Part shown: piece after piece, positions 1-8,765 of the stretch
Layout of the letters: every line of letters starts with the position of its first letter
How positions within the stretch are numbered: the stretch's first letter is position 1
NCBI GenBank assembly: GCA_965205655.1
Contig: CBDBIJ010000007.1
Coordinates: 1-30,325 of the forward strand
Direction of reading: 5' to 3'
Source of the DNA: Candidatus Latescibacterota bacterium
Lineage (GTDB): Bacteria > Latescibacterota > UBA2968 > UBA8231
DNA: 30,325 nucleotides
Program-made: the position numbers and the translations under genes
Notes under the pieces: model-generated
The model's input: only the letters and a program-made list of their open reading frames with translations
Databases searched by the model: none
What the model was told of the DNA's origin: nothing

Positions 1-2
1 AG

Positions 3-791
3 ATCCGCCTCTCGACCCGGCGTATCCTGCAGACCCTACTGGACGATGCCGGGGTGGCGCCGGATCAGTTCGCACCGGTGTGCATCCTCATCGACAAACT
101 CGACAAGGTGCCCAGAGAAGAGGTTGCGAAAGATGTCGCCGCCCTCGGAGTGGACGCGGCGGTTGTGGATCACATCGTCGACATCGGCTCTCGGGAGACA
201 CTGGACGAGGTAGCCGAAGTCGTTGACGAAGAGCGGGGCGGCATTGCCGATCTGCGCCGGCTCTTCGAGCTGGCGGCCGACTATGGCATAGAGCCGTGGC
301 TTAGATTCGATCCCGGGCTCGTGCGCGGTCTCGCCTACTATACCGGCGTCGTCTTCGAAGCCTTCGACAGGGAAGGCGGACTGCGCGCCATTTGCGGCGG
401 CGGCCGATACGACCGTCTCCTGTCGACCTTTGGCGGCGATGATGTCCCGGCCTGCGGGTTCGGCTTCGGAGATGCGGTGATCGAGGAGCTGTTGACTGAG
501 AAGGGGCTCCTGCCGGAGCTACCGCGGAAAATCGACGACGTCGTGTTCGCCTTCGGCGCCGAGTTGAGAGAGCCTGCAGCGCTACTGGCCAGCAAGCTCC
601 GGTCGCTGGGTCGCTCGGTCGATCTCGTCCTCGAGGAGAAGAAAATGAAGTGGGCCTTCAGGCATGCCGATCAGGCGGGGGCCTCCCGTCTGGTGCTGTT
701 GGCGCCCGACGAGTGGGCTCGCGGCCAGGTTCGCGTTCGCGATATGGAAACTGGAGACGAGCGCGACCTGCCCATGGAGGAAGTCGAGTAG
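3..791 (+). CDS. hisS: Histidine--tRNA ligase, 5'-truncated by the window edge
   Basis: Frame is open from base 3. HisRS motifs RGLAYYTGVVFE, GGGRYDRLL and GFGFG are present, followed by a C-terminal anticodon-binding domain (KMKWAFRHAD...VRVRDMETG). Confidence 0.95.
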   Translation: MRLSTRRILQTLLDDAGVAPDQFAPVCILIDKLDKVPREEVAKDVAALGVDAAVVDHIVDIGSRETLDEVAEVVDEERGGIADLRRLFELAADYGIEPWLRFDPGLVRGLAYYTGVVFEAFDREGGLRAICGGGRYDRLLSTFGGDDVPACGFGFGDAVIEELLTEKGLLPELPRKIDDVVFAFGAELREPAALLASKLRSLGRSVDLVLEEKKMKWAFRHADQAGASRLVLLAPDEWARGQVRVRDMETGDERDLPMEEVE

Positions 792-865
792 GAGCCTGTC
801 CGAGTATTCGCTTTGACAGGCAATGACGCACCCGCAGCCCAAATGGAATACTCGGACAGGCTCCT
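790..865. repeat. Perfect 20-bp inverted repeat with a 36-nt spacer (MITE-like element or large hairpin)
   Basis: AGGAGCCTGTCCGAGTATTC (790-809) is the exact reverse complement of GAATACTCGGACAGGCTCCT (846-865). It lies between convergent genes and overlaps the hisS stop codon. Confidence 0.8.
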
Positions 866-870
866 TACGG

Positions 871-1902
871 CTATCGCGAGCTGATCGCCTCCAGTTGATC
901 GGTGCCAGCCATCGCCGCGATCTCGTTTTCCAGCACGCCGATACCTCCCGAAAACGCCATTCGCACCACATCCCCTTCGAGCAGACCGTCTGCGAGATCC
1001 GCCTCGGCGAACACGATCGGCGTTCCCCAATACAGAATCTGCAGCTGCCCTGGTTCGAGTGGAATCCGACTGAACAGGCTCCGCTCCATGTGCAGGAGAC
1101 CGTCGGGCATGTTGAGGTGATTCTGGCCGGTCCCGCCCTCTTTGTACCCCACTCTCCTGGCACAGCGCAGGATCTCGCACGAAACCGACACCTCCGCGTC
1201 GTCGAACTCTGAAGCGCTCACCAGGACCGGTCCGATGCTGGCGCAGCCGCCGGCCCAGTTCTTTGCCTGTGGCAGATTGAGCGGATTCGCCGCCTCGATA
1301 CCGTTGTCGGTGGCGTCGTTGCCGCCGGTATAGCCGAGGCGCTCGAGCTGGCCCCTCTTGTCGAGACCGTACACGGACACGATCTCCGTTTCGGGAACCA
1401 GTCGGACCGTATCCGCCGGCCGCGTCAGCTTCTGTCCGTGTCCCACGACTGCATTCGGCTCCGTCTTGCTGAATAGCTCGGGGCGACCGCCTGTGGCGCA
1501 TTCGCGGTATTTCTGCTCGTACACGTTGACCTCCCCCCCCGTCGCCTGCTTCGCCTCGATCTCCCTCAGCTTGGCGCTGTCTTCGTGAGTTACACCGGCG
1601 AGCCAGATGCGTAGCGCGTGCCGATCCTTCTCGGGTCCGCTGACCGACTTGACCAGGTACGGCCCGCCGTCTCCCTCGCGACCCTCGAGAAGGCTGTGCA
1701 ATTGCAACGTTTCTCCATTGGCGCCCGCCGCCAGCTTGTCCACGGCGGCCTCAAAGCCGATGTCGTCGCCACCGCTCCCGTAGTAGACATCGTGAACGGA
1801 TCGCGGACCGCCGCTGCCGGTGAGGTCGATCACAGCATCGCCGTCTACCAACCCCAGTCGCTGCGCCCCCGACTGGGGATCCATGAACTGCAGCAGCTTC
1901 AT
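871..1902 (-). CDS. Fumarylacetoacetate hydrolase (FAH) family protein, 2-keto-3-deoxy-sugar-acid dehydratase-like
   Basis: FAH motifs RPELFSK, VPETEIV, GYTGGNDATDNGIEAANPLNLPQAK and SIGP. Its start overlaps the mqnD stop (ATGA, 1899-1902). Confidence 0.85.
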   Translation of the reverse strand: MKLLQFMDPQSGAQRLGLVDGDAVIDLTGSGGPRSVHDVYYGSGGDDIGFEAAVDKLAAGANGETLQLHSLLEGREGDGGPYLVKSVSGPEKDRHALRIWLAGVTHEDSAKLREIEAKQATGGEVNVYEQKYRECATGGRPELFSKTEPNAVVGHGQKLTRPADTVRLVPETEIVSVYGLDKRGQLERLGYTGGNDATDNGIEAANPLNLPQAKNWAGGCASIGPVLVSASEFDDAEVSVSCEILRCARRVGYKEGGTGQNHLNMPDGLLHMERSLFSRIPLEPGQLQILYWGTPIVFAEADLADGLLEGDVVRMAFSGGIGVLENEIAAMAGTDQLEAISSR

Positions 1903-2763
1903 CGCGTTGCCTCTGTGAGAAAGAGGGGGGTGTCCGAGGCGGGAACGATCCCGGCCGCCGAGGCGCGAATCATCAGATCGGCGATGGCTTGCCCGCCTGC
2001 GACACCATAATCCCTGGTGTAGTCGTTCACGTAGAGCTGAATAGTGGCCTCGATCACCTCCGGGTCCATTTCCTGCGCGTGCGCCGCCACGTATTCCCGC
2101 ACCTCGTCGGGATGTTCATGGGCGAAATCGACGCTCGCCCCCAGCCCCGCGTCGAGTCGCCCGATCAACTCTGCGCCGAGATCTCGACGGGCGACGATGG
2201 CCACCCAGGGGGATAGGATGGCCCGTCGTCTGCTCCCACCACTGCCCGAGGTCGACCACTTGGTGCAGTCCGTATTCGGGGTAGATGAACCGGCTTTCGT
2301 GAATAATCACCCCGGCGTCGACCCGGCCCTGCTGAACCGAGCTCATGATTTCGTCAAAAGGCATGACCACGCTCTCGATGGTGTCGCAGTACAATCTCAG
2401 CAATAGCGCCGCCGTCGTCATTTTACCGGGGATGGCCACCTTACCTTTGGCCAGCTGGGCGCAGTCTAGCTCCTCCCTCGCTACTATCAGTGGGCCGCAG
2501 CCGCGGCCGAGGGCTCCGCCGGCACGGAGTAGACAATATCGGTCTCGCAGATGGCCCAGAGCGTGGAAGGAGACTTTGACGGCATCCAGCTGTCCTCTCG
2601 AGGCCATGTCGTTGAGTGTCTCGATATCCTCGAGCAGCTCTCGCATTTTCGGTGCCCCCGAAATTCTGCGGTGCACGAGTGCGTAAAAAATAAAGGTATC
2701 GTTGGGGCAGGGTGAGTAGCCGAGGGTCAAATCGCCGCGCGGAGCTTCTTCCGCGGTCACCAT
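1899..2763 (-). pseudogene. mqnD: 1,4-dihydroxy-6-naphthoate synthase with a +1 frameshift near 2199-2204 (real lesion or sequencing error)
   Basis: N-terminal part (LGYSPCPNDTFIF, GGALGRGCGP, IIHESRF, DLGQWW..TGHPIPLG) is in ORF 2116..3174. C-terminal part (IVARRDL...HAQEMDPEVIEATIQLYVN) is in ORF 1899..2204. Removing one base in CTG GGT GGC C ATC joins them. Confidence 0.9.
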
Positions 2764-3497
2764 TCCATTCCCTTGACCAGGTGCATTGCCGCCTCCTGTG
2801 CCACTGCTGCGGCTCCGGGCAAGTCCCAGGTCTGCGTCTGTCGGTCGTCGACGATGTTGCTCATGGCGCGCACTTCGATGAACGGCACGCTGTAGATGCG
2901 GCAGACGTGGGCCGCCGCCGCCCCTTCCATGTTTTCGCAGACGGCACCGCCGAATCGAGCCGACCGCTCGGCTCCCAGCGATTGTGTACCGCTGCATTCC
3001 TGGACCGTCACAAAGGCGCCCACCCCGACCGCGGGAGCAGGGTTTTCCCAGGTCGCTGAAGAGAGCAGGTCTCGACAGCGCCCGACCCACTCGGGATCGA
3101 GCGGAAAGCGGTTGTAGATCTCCGATTCGCCGCTTCGTATCAACGGGATGCCGATCACCTGTGCCCCCTGCCACCCATCCGCGGTCCTGACTCCGACGTC
3201 GCCGTAGTTCTCCTCACTCGCCACGGCCACGTCACCGACCCGAAGTGCCGATCCGGAATAGGCGCCGCCCACCCCGATCTGCAGCACGTAGTGGGGTAGG
3301 TTCGACTGGAATGACCAGGTGAGAGCGTGGGCGGTGTTGACCGCTCCGAGGCCGGTTTCAACGACGGTAACCGGCGCGCCCGCGACTGACCCGGCTGTGA
3401 CCTGGCGCCCGGCGACGGATTGCCGCACCGCCTCCTCTATGCAGCTGACAAGCTCGGCCTGTTCCAGAGCCGTCGCCGTCAACAGCAGCACGCCCAT
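2757..3497 (-). CDS. mqnB: Futalosine hydrolase (PNP/MTA-SAH nucleosidase fold)
   Basis: Motifs TGLGAVN, IGVGGAY, FVTVQECSG, ENMEGAAAAHVC and EVRAMSNIVDDR. It overlaps the mqnD start. Confidence 0.9.
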   Translation of the reverse strand: MGVLLLTATALEQAELVSCIEEAVRQSVAGRQVTAGSVAGAPVTVVETGLGAVNTAHALTWSFQSNLPHYVLQIGVGGAYSGSALRVGDVAVASEENYGDVGVRTADGWQGAQVIGIPLIRSGESEIYNRFPLDPEWVGRCRDLLSSATWENPAPAVGVGAFVTVQECSGTQSLGAERSARFGGAVCENMEGAAAAHVCRIYSVPFIEVRAMSNIVDDRQTQTWDLPGAAAVAQEAAMHLVKGMEW

Positions 3498-3659
3498 CGG
3501 AGCAATGTGTTCAGAGTGACGAGGTGAGATGAAGCGCCGTGCGATCAGCGCGGCACCACGCTATATGCGGGTCTGTCACGACTATGCGGAGCGGTTGGGA
3601 AGGGACGGGAACATAGTCGAAAAGGCGCGCAGTGGTGCGGAAAGGATGGGAAAGCGCCT

Positions 3660-4979
3660 TCAGCGTCTACGCCTTTCCGACGTCTCGCCTTTGGTCTTGA
3701 TCTCCTCCATGACCGCCTCGGGATCGACACCCACCTTCTCGGGATCGAGGATCCGCGCCACCTCCCGTCCTTCCGCTTCTGAACGCAGGGCAAGGTGGCA
3801 GATCATCGGCGCGGCGCGGGGCTTCTGGTTGGGCATTGTCAGCACCCCGACAGTCGGCTTGTGAGAGTTCGACGGGTTGGGCTCGTACACCACTGCCGTT
3901 TCCTTCGTGTTCAACTCTACCACACTTCCCACCGGGTAGACGCCCAGGGCCTTCACGAAGAGGTTGACGAAATGCTCATCGAACTCCGTCCCCTTGTTCT
4001 TGTGAATTCTTATCAGCGCCTGGTGCATCGGCATTGCCGGCTTGTAAACCCTTTTGGCTGTGAGCGCATCGTATACGTCGGCCACGGCCGTCATGCGCGC
4101 ATATGGGTGGATCGCATCGCCCTTGAGGGCGTCGGGATAGCCCGACCCGTCCATCATTTCGTGATGCTGCGTGGCGATTGCGATCGCCTCTTCGGGAAAA
4201 TCCCCCGCCTCCCTCATGATCTCGCCGCTGTAGAAGGCGTGCTTGCGCATTTCCTCGAGCTCCTCGGGCTCGAAGCGGCCGGGTTTGTTCAGTATCTCCA
4301 GCGGCACCTTGGTCTTGCCGACGTCGTGAAGCAGTGTCGCCGTCGTGATCATGGGCAGCGTGCCAGCATCGACGCCGTCGGCCTGAGCGACTGCCACCAC
4401 CAGGGTGCACACGTTCATGCAGTGCATGGCCGTGTACGGATCGTGCTGCTTGATCCGCGTCAGGCTCACCATCGCGTCCACGTTGCGGAGGATGCTCCCG
4501 GTGATGACCTCGCTGGCTTCGTTGACCTTGTCAACGTCGACGCCCTTGCCTGAGGCCACATCGTCGAGAGCCGATTTCAGGGTTTCCGTCGTCTCGTTGC
4601 GGATCTCTGTCGCCCGCTCGATCTCCTCGTCGTAATGGACGAGGCGGCCTTCAGCAGGCGGCTTGCGGTTGGGATCGGTGAGTGGTTTTACGTCCTCGGG
4701 AAGGTCATCCCCCTTGTCGGTGTCGATGGTGACCATCGACAGCCCCGTTTCCCTGAGCCGCTCGACCAGGGCCCCCGAGGCGACGCGGAGTCCGCCGTCC
4801 TTCTCGATCTTCTCGTGCATTTTTCCGGTCAACCGCGCCCGCTTGGCGGTCCCCCCGGTGCTGACAGCGTTCTTCGCCTGCAGGAATCGATGTTCCTCGC
4901 CGTCCCTCTCCTCCAGAACGACCTCGGCCTCAAGAAACATGCCCTCTGCGAGATGATCGATCGATATGAGTTTCTTCAT
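3660..4979 (-). CDS. HD-GYP domain cyclic-dinucleotide phosphodiesterase with a DUF3391-like N-terminus
   Basis: Motifs DPYTAMH, LLHDVGK, ILNKPG, HHEMMDGSGYP and VADVYDALT..RVYK. The N-terminus resembles DUF3391 (ISIDHLAEGMF...VTIDTDKG). Confidence 0.9.
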   Translation of the reverse strand: MKKLISIDHLAEGMFLEAEVVLEERDGEEHRFLQAKNAVSTGGTAKRARLTGKMHEKIEKDGGLRVASGALVERLRETGLSMVTIDTDKGDDLPEDVKPLTDPNRKPPAEGRLVHYDEEIERATEIRNETTETLKSALDDVASGKGVDVDKVNEASEVITGSILRNVDAMVSLTRIKQHDPYTAMHCMNVCTLVVAVAQADGVDAGTLPMITTATLLHDVGKTKVPLEILNKPGRFEPEELEEMRKHAFYSGEIMREAGDFPEEAIAIATQHHEMMDGSGYPDALKGDAIHPYARMTAVADVYDALTAKRVYKPAMPMHQALIRIHKNKGTEFDEHFVNLFVKALGVYPVGSVVELNTKETAVVYEPNPSNSHKPTVGVLTMPNQKPRAAPMICHLALRSEAEGREVARILDPEKVGVDPEAVMEEIKTKGETSERRRR

Positions 4980-5153
4980 AGGTTGTCCCCGACCATGGGG
5001 CGAGCCGCATAATTTCCGTTCTCTGCGATGCCTGTCAAGGCGGGCGGCTGAGGCAGCTCAGTGACACCACAGCTCTCTTGTGTGGGCATACGGGGCCTCA
5101 TATCTTCCGCCGCTGTCGACGACAGAGTTACATATATCATACGGAGAGCGAGC

Positions 5154-6248
5154 ATGCCGACGCTGTTTGGAAAGACCTACACCCGCGAACAGCTGCTCGA
5201 CCGGGTCGGCGATATGAGCCAGGTCGCAAGGGCCCGCCGGGCCGAGCTGGTCGAAGGCAACGAACGCGGTGCCGATCTCATCGAGGTGTTCAATGCCTCG
5301 GGGCTATCCTTCTCCCTCCTGCCGGGCAGAGCCCTCGACATCGCCGCGGCTGACTACAAGGGGATGTCCCTCTGCTTTCGCTCGAACACCGGCGATGTGG
5401 GGCCCGCATTCTATGAACCTCAAGGCGACGGCTGGATGAGGGGCTGTTTTCTGGGCATGGTTACCACCTGCGGACTCACCTTCATCGGCCACCCGGAAAC
5501 CGATCCGGAGGAGGAGAACGAGGAGCTCGGACTCCACGGTCGAGTCTCCTACATCCCGGCGAAGGGTGTCGTGACGGATGGGGTGTGGGATGGCGACGAG
5601 TACACAGTGCAGGTGAGAGGGCGAATCCGAGAGTCCGTACCTTTCGGTACCTCCCTGGAAATGTCGCGCCAGATCTCGACCGTCCTGGGGGAGAAAAGCA
5701 TCCGCATCCACGACCGGGTCGAGAATTTGGGCGTCGACCCATCACCCCTCATGGTCGTCTATCACACCAATCCCGGGTGGCCCCTGCTGGATGGGGGCGC
5801 TCGGCTCGTCCTGCACTCGAGCAAGAGCACGGAATGGGAACATGACGAAGAGGTGAACCCCGACGCCTACACCGATTACAGCGCGCCGAGAAAGAAAGTG
5901 CGTGACGACGTGTGGGTGCATCGTCCCTATGCCGATCGCAGGGGCGATGTGCACATCGGCCTCATCAACGATCGACTTGAGCTGGGTCTGTACTGGAAGT
6001 TTCCGCGCCGGGAGATCCCGATCGTCAGCCAGTGGCAACACCTGCACCGGGGTACCTACGTGACCGGCATCGAGCCGGGAAACTGCAGCGTGCTCGGTCG
6101 GGCCTGGAATCGCAAGCACCGCACGTTGGAGCATATCCCGCCCCGGTCGGTGAGGGATTTCCACATCGAGATCGGCGTCCTCGACGGGGGGCGGGAGATT
6201 CGCGCCTTCGAGCGAGAGGTCAGGAGGGGAGTGCGCAGGGGGCGCTGA
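5154..6248 (+). CDS. Aldose 1-epimerase family / DUF4432 protein
   Basis: Motifs GRALDI, TTCGL..IG, GLHGR, YHTNPGWPLL and YVTGIEPGN. GGAG RBS precedes ATG 5154, which I prefer over the GTG at 5061. Confidence 0.85.
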   Translation: MPTLFGKTYTREQLLDRVGDMSQVARARRAELVEGNERGADLIEVFNASGLSFSLLPGRALDIAAADYKGMSLCFRSNTGDVGPAFYEPQGDGWMRGCFLGMVTTCGLTFIGHPETDPEEENEELGLHGRVSYIPAKGVVTDGVWDGDEYTVQVRGRIRESVPFGTSLEMSRQISTVLGEKSIRIHDRVENLGVDPSPLMVVYHTNPGWPLLDGGARLVLHSSKSTEWEHDEEVNPDAYTDYSAPRKKVRDDVWVHRPYADRRGDVHIGLINDRLELGLYWKFPRREIPIVSQWQHLHRGTYVTGIEPGNCSVLGRAWNRKHRTLEHIPPRSVRDFHIEIGVLDGGREIRAFEREVRRGVRRGR

Positions 6249-6296
6249 ACGGGTGGCTGACAGTGTCACACCGCATGCGGTTCCAGCTCGCGCCCA

Positions 6297-7541
6297 TCAT
6301 GCCGCTCGATAGGCGAGGATTTGCTCGTAGCACGCGGCGATCTTCTTGGCCGTGAGCTCTTCCGTGTAGTTGTCCAGCACCCTCTGTCTGGCACGCCGGC
6401 CGAGAGCCGATCTCAACTGCTCGTCGCGCAGCAGTGTCGCCACGGCCTTCGCGAATGCACCCACGTCCCTCAGTGGAGCGAGCATCCCGGTCTCGCCATG
6501 CCGAACGACCTCTCGACAGCCTCTGATGTCGCTCGCAACGCAGGCCACGCCCATGCCGCTGGCCTCGAGGAGGGCCCGAGATATCCCCTCCCGATGAGAC
6601 GGCAGCGCCAGCACATCCATCGCCATATACAGCTCGGCCATGTCGCTGCGGCGCTCGAGAATGGCGCAGCGATCGATCAACCCGTTTTGCGCTATCAGGT
6701 GGAGGGGGTCGAGTGCGTCGGATTGGTCCTCCTCCGAGATCCCCACTACGAGGAATCTCGCCTCGGGCAATTCGGCGCTCAGCCGACCGGCCATCTCGAA
6801 GAATTCCGGCAACCCTTTTTCCGCCACCAGTCGACCCACCATCCCCACGACGAGATGTGAGGAATCCCAGCCGAGCTCCCGCCGTGTGCGCTCGCGGGCG
6901 CCCGGGTATTTGCCGGGATCGAAGCGATCCTCGTCGATGCCGTTGCCGATGAGGTGGAGTCGGCCGCTGTCCTTGAATCGGTGCCGGCAGGCGTAGTCGA
7001 AATCCTCTTCGCTCTGAAAGAGAAGGTGGTCGCACCAGGACGCGGTCCAGCGCTCAGCACCTATGGCGAGGCCACGTCGCAGACCCGTGGTGCTCTCGTT
7101 GAACAGAAATCCGTGTACGGTGTGCACGACGGTGGGTGTCCCGGCGAGCTGTCCCATCGGCGGACTCAGCAGCCCGCCCTTGGGATTGTGCGAGTGGATG
7201 ATGTCGAATCGCCGCTGGCGAATCTGGTCCAACAAGGCGGCGGCGCAGCGGATGTCGGTGAACGGAGAAATCTCACGGGCGAACGGGATGTAGATGATCT
7301 CGAGCCCGCACTTTTCGAGCTCCTCACCGTATGACGAATCCGCGGCTTTGACCGCCGGCTGCGATCCGGCGCTCGAACCGTTCGCCGACGCCCGCCCGTG
7401 GTCGGGAAGTCCCGAACGGGAGCGGCCGCAGATGATACTGATCTGAAATCCCGCCCGCAGCAGGCGTTGCAGCCGCGCCCGCTGCATGTAGTAGGCGATG
7501 CGGTCTGTGGGAACGACGTGGGCGACGCGGGGGAAAGGCAT
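6297..7541 (-). CDS. Glycosyltransferase family 4 (GT-B)
   Basis: Motifs IIHSHNPKGG, HTVHGF, IGNGID, VGRLVAEKG and LPSHREGISRALLEA (EX7E). Confidence 0.9.
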   Translation of the reverse strand: MPFPRVAHVVPTDRIAYYMQRARLQRLLRAGFQISIICGRSRSGLPDHGRASANGSSAGSQPAVKAADSSYGEELEKCGLEIIYIPFAREISPFTDIRCAAALLDQIRQRRFDIIHSHNPKGGLLSPPMGQLAGTPTVVHTVHGFLFNESTTGLRRGLAIGAERWTASWCDHLLFQSEEDFDYACRHRFKDSGRLHLIGNGIDEDRFDPGKYPGARERTRRELGWDSSHLVVGMVGRLVAEKGLPEFFEMAGRLSAELPEARFLVVGISEEDQSDALDPLHLIAQNGLIDRCAILERRSDMAELYMAMDVLALPSHREGISRALLEASGMGVACVASDIRGCREVVRHGETGMLAPLRDVGAFAKAVATLLRDEQLRSALGRRARQRVLDNYTEELTAKKIAACYEQILAYRAA

Positions 7542-7556
7542 CAGCTGATCAGGCGG

Positions 7557-8540
7557 CTACGCGGCTACGTTGTTGCGCGGCTTCCCCTCGAGGAATGCGA
7601 TGATGTTGTCCACAGCACCCTCGTTGAGCAACTCCACTCCCTCGGGCGTCTGATCTGCCGCGTGGGGCGTGAACACCACGTTTTCAAGTTGCTTGATCGG
7701 GTGCTGGCTGGCGAATGGCTCCTCTGGAAAGACGTCCAATCCGGCTCCGGCGAGGTGACCCTCTTCGAGAGCGGCAGCAAGGGCGTCGAGGTCGACGATA
7801 TCGCCGCGCGCGCCGTTGAGCAGCAGCGCCTCCTGCTTCATCGTTTCGATCTCCCTGCGGCCGATCAGGTTCCGCGTCTCGTCCGTGAGCGCCACGTGAA
7901 CGCTCACCACGTCTGCGGTCCGCAGCAGGTCGTCAAGACTGACGTAGCGGACTCCCAGACGCTTCGCCCGATCGTCGTCAGGGTGGAAGGTCCAGGCGAT
8001 GACCTCCATGCCGATGGCCCGCCCGAGTCTCGCCATCTCCGACCCGATATGACCCGTGCCGATGATGCCCAGAACCTTTCCCTGAATGCCGACGTTCATG
8101 CGCATCGTCCAGCGGCCGTCGCGTATTGCCGCCGTGTGGAACGCGGTGCGCTTGGCCACGGCAAACATCATGGCGAACATGTGCTCGGCCACGACCGGCG
8201 CCGTCCGTCCTGGCTGGTTCGAGACGACGATCCCCCGGCGCTTCGCCGCTTCCAGGTCGATCATGTCGGTGCCGATGGAGCACGTGGTGATCATCTGCAG
8301 ATCGGGAAGCGCCTGTAGCTCGGACTGCTTCCAGTTCACGGCGCCTCGTGAGTTGATGATAATCTGAAAGCCTTGAGCCCTTTCGATCTGCTCTTCGTCG
8401 GTCGAGGGGCGGGTGTCGTACACGGTCACATCGCCGTGCGGCTCGAGTCTGACCAGCTGTGGTGAACCGGCGATTTGGCGCGGATCGTCGCCCGGGACAA
8501 GTATCTTGACTCGTTGTGCCATATCCTGTGAACCTGCCAT
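7557..8540 (-). CDS. D-isomer-specific 2-hydroxyacid dehydrogenase (SerA/glycerate dehydrogenase-like)
   Basis: Rossmann motif GIIGTGHIG, LLNGARGDIVD, GAGLDVFPEEP and the catalytic FTPH. Confidence 0.9.
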   Translation of the reverse strand: MAGSQDMAQRVKILVPGDDPRQIAGSPQLVRLEPHGDVTVYDTRPSTDEEQIERAQGFQIIINSRGAVNWKQSELQALPDLQMITTCSIGTDMIDLEAAKRRGIVVSNQPGRTAPVVAEHMFAMMFAVAKRTAFHTAAIRDGRWTMRMNVGIQGKVLGIIGTGHIGSEMARLGRAIGMEVIAWTFHPDDDRAKRLGVRYVSLDDLLRTADVVSVHVALTDETRNLIGRREIETMKQEALLLNGARGDIVDLDALAAALEEGHLAGAGLDVFPEEPFASQHPIKQLENVVFTPHAADQTPEGVELLNEGAVDNIIAFLEGKPRNNVAA

Positions 8541-8604
8541 TTACCCGCGTGTCGGTGGAAGAAGGGAGGGCCAACCGGCTGTCCCGGGGTTCCCGTTGAG
8601 GACC

Positions 8605-8634
8605 ATATTATCGGCGGCAGCGGAAGACTGTCAA
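8605..8634 (-). promoter_or_regulatory. Candidate sigma70 promoter for the dehydrogenase-GT4 operon
   Basis: Minus-strand TTGACA (8634-8629), 18 nt, TAATAT (8610-8605). Confidence 0.55.
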
Positions 8635-8707
8635 AATCGATGGCGACGAAGGCGGCCGACTGGCTTCTCGCGCGTTGCCGCGACGCCCCCGGCCCCTGCT
8701 GGTCCGA

Positions 8708-8736
8708 TTGACATATCTTGTTGAACTGCATAGCAT
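8708..8736 (+). promoter_or_regulatory. Candidate sigma70 promoter for ppk1
   Basis: TTGACA (8708-8713), 17 nt, TAGCAT (8731-8736), about 30 nt upstream of the start codon. Confidence 0.7.
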
Positions 8737-8765
8737 TAGCAGCCTGAAAAAATTCCGCCAAACGA

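Noticed and set aside
2764..3174. N-terminal extension of the 352-aa ORF containing mqnD
   Set aside because: It overlaps mqnB in another frame and is low-information R/G-rich sequence. MqnD similarity begins after 2763.
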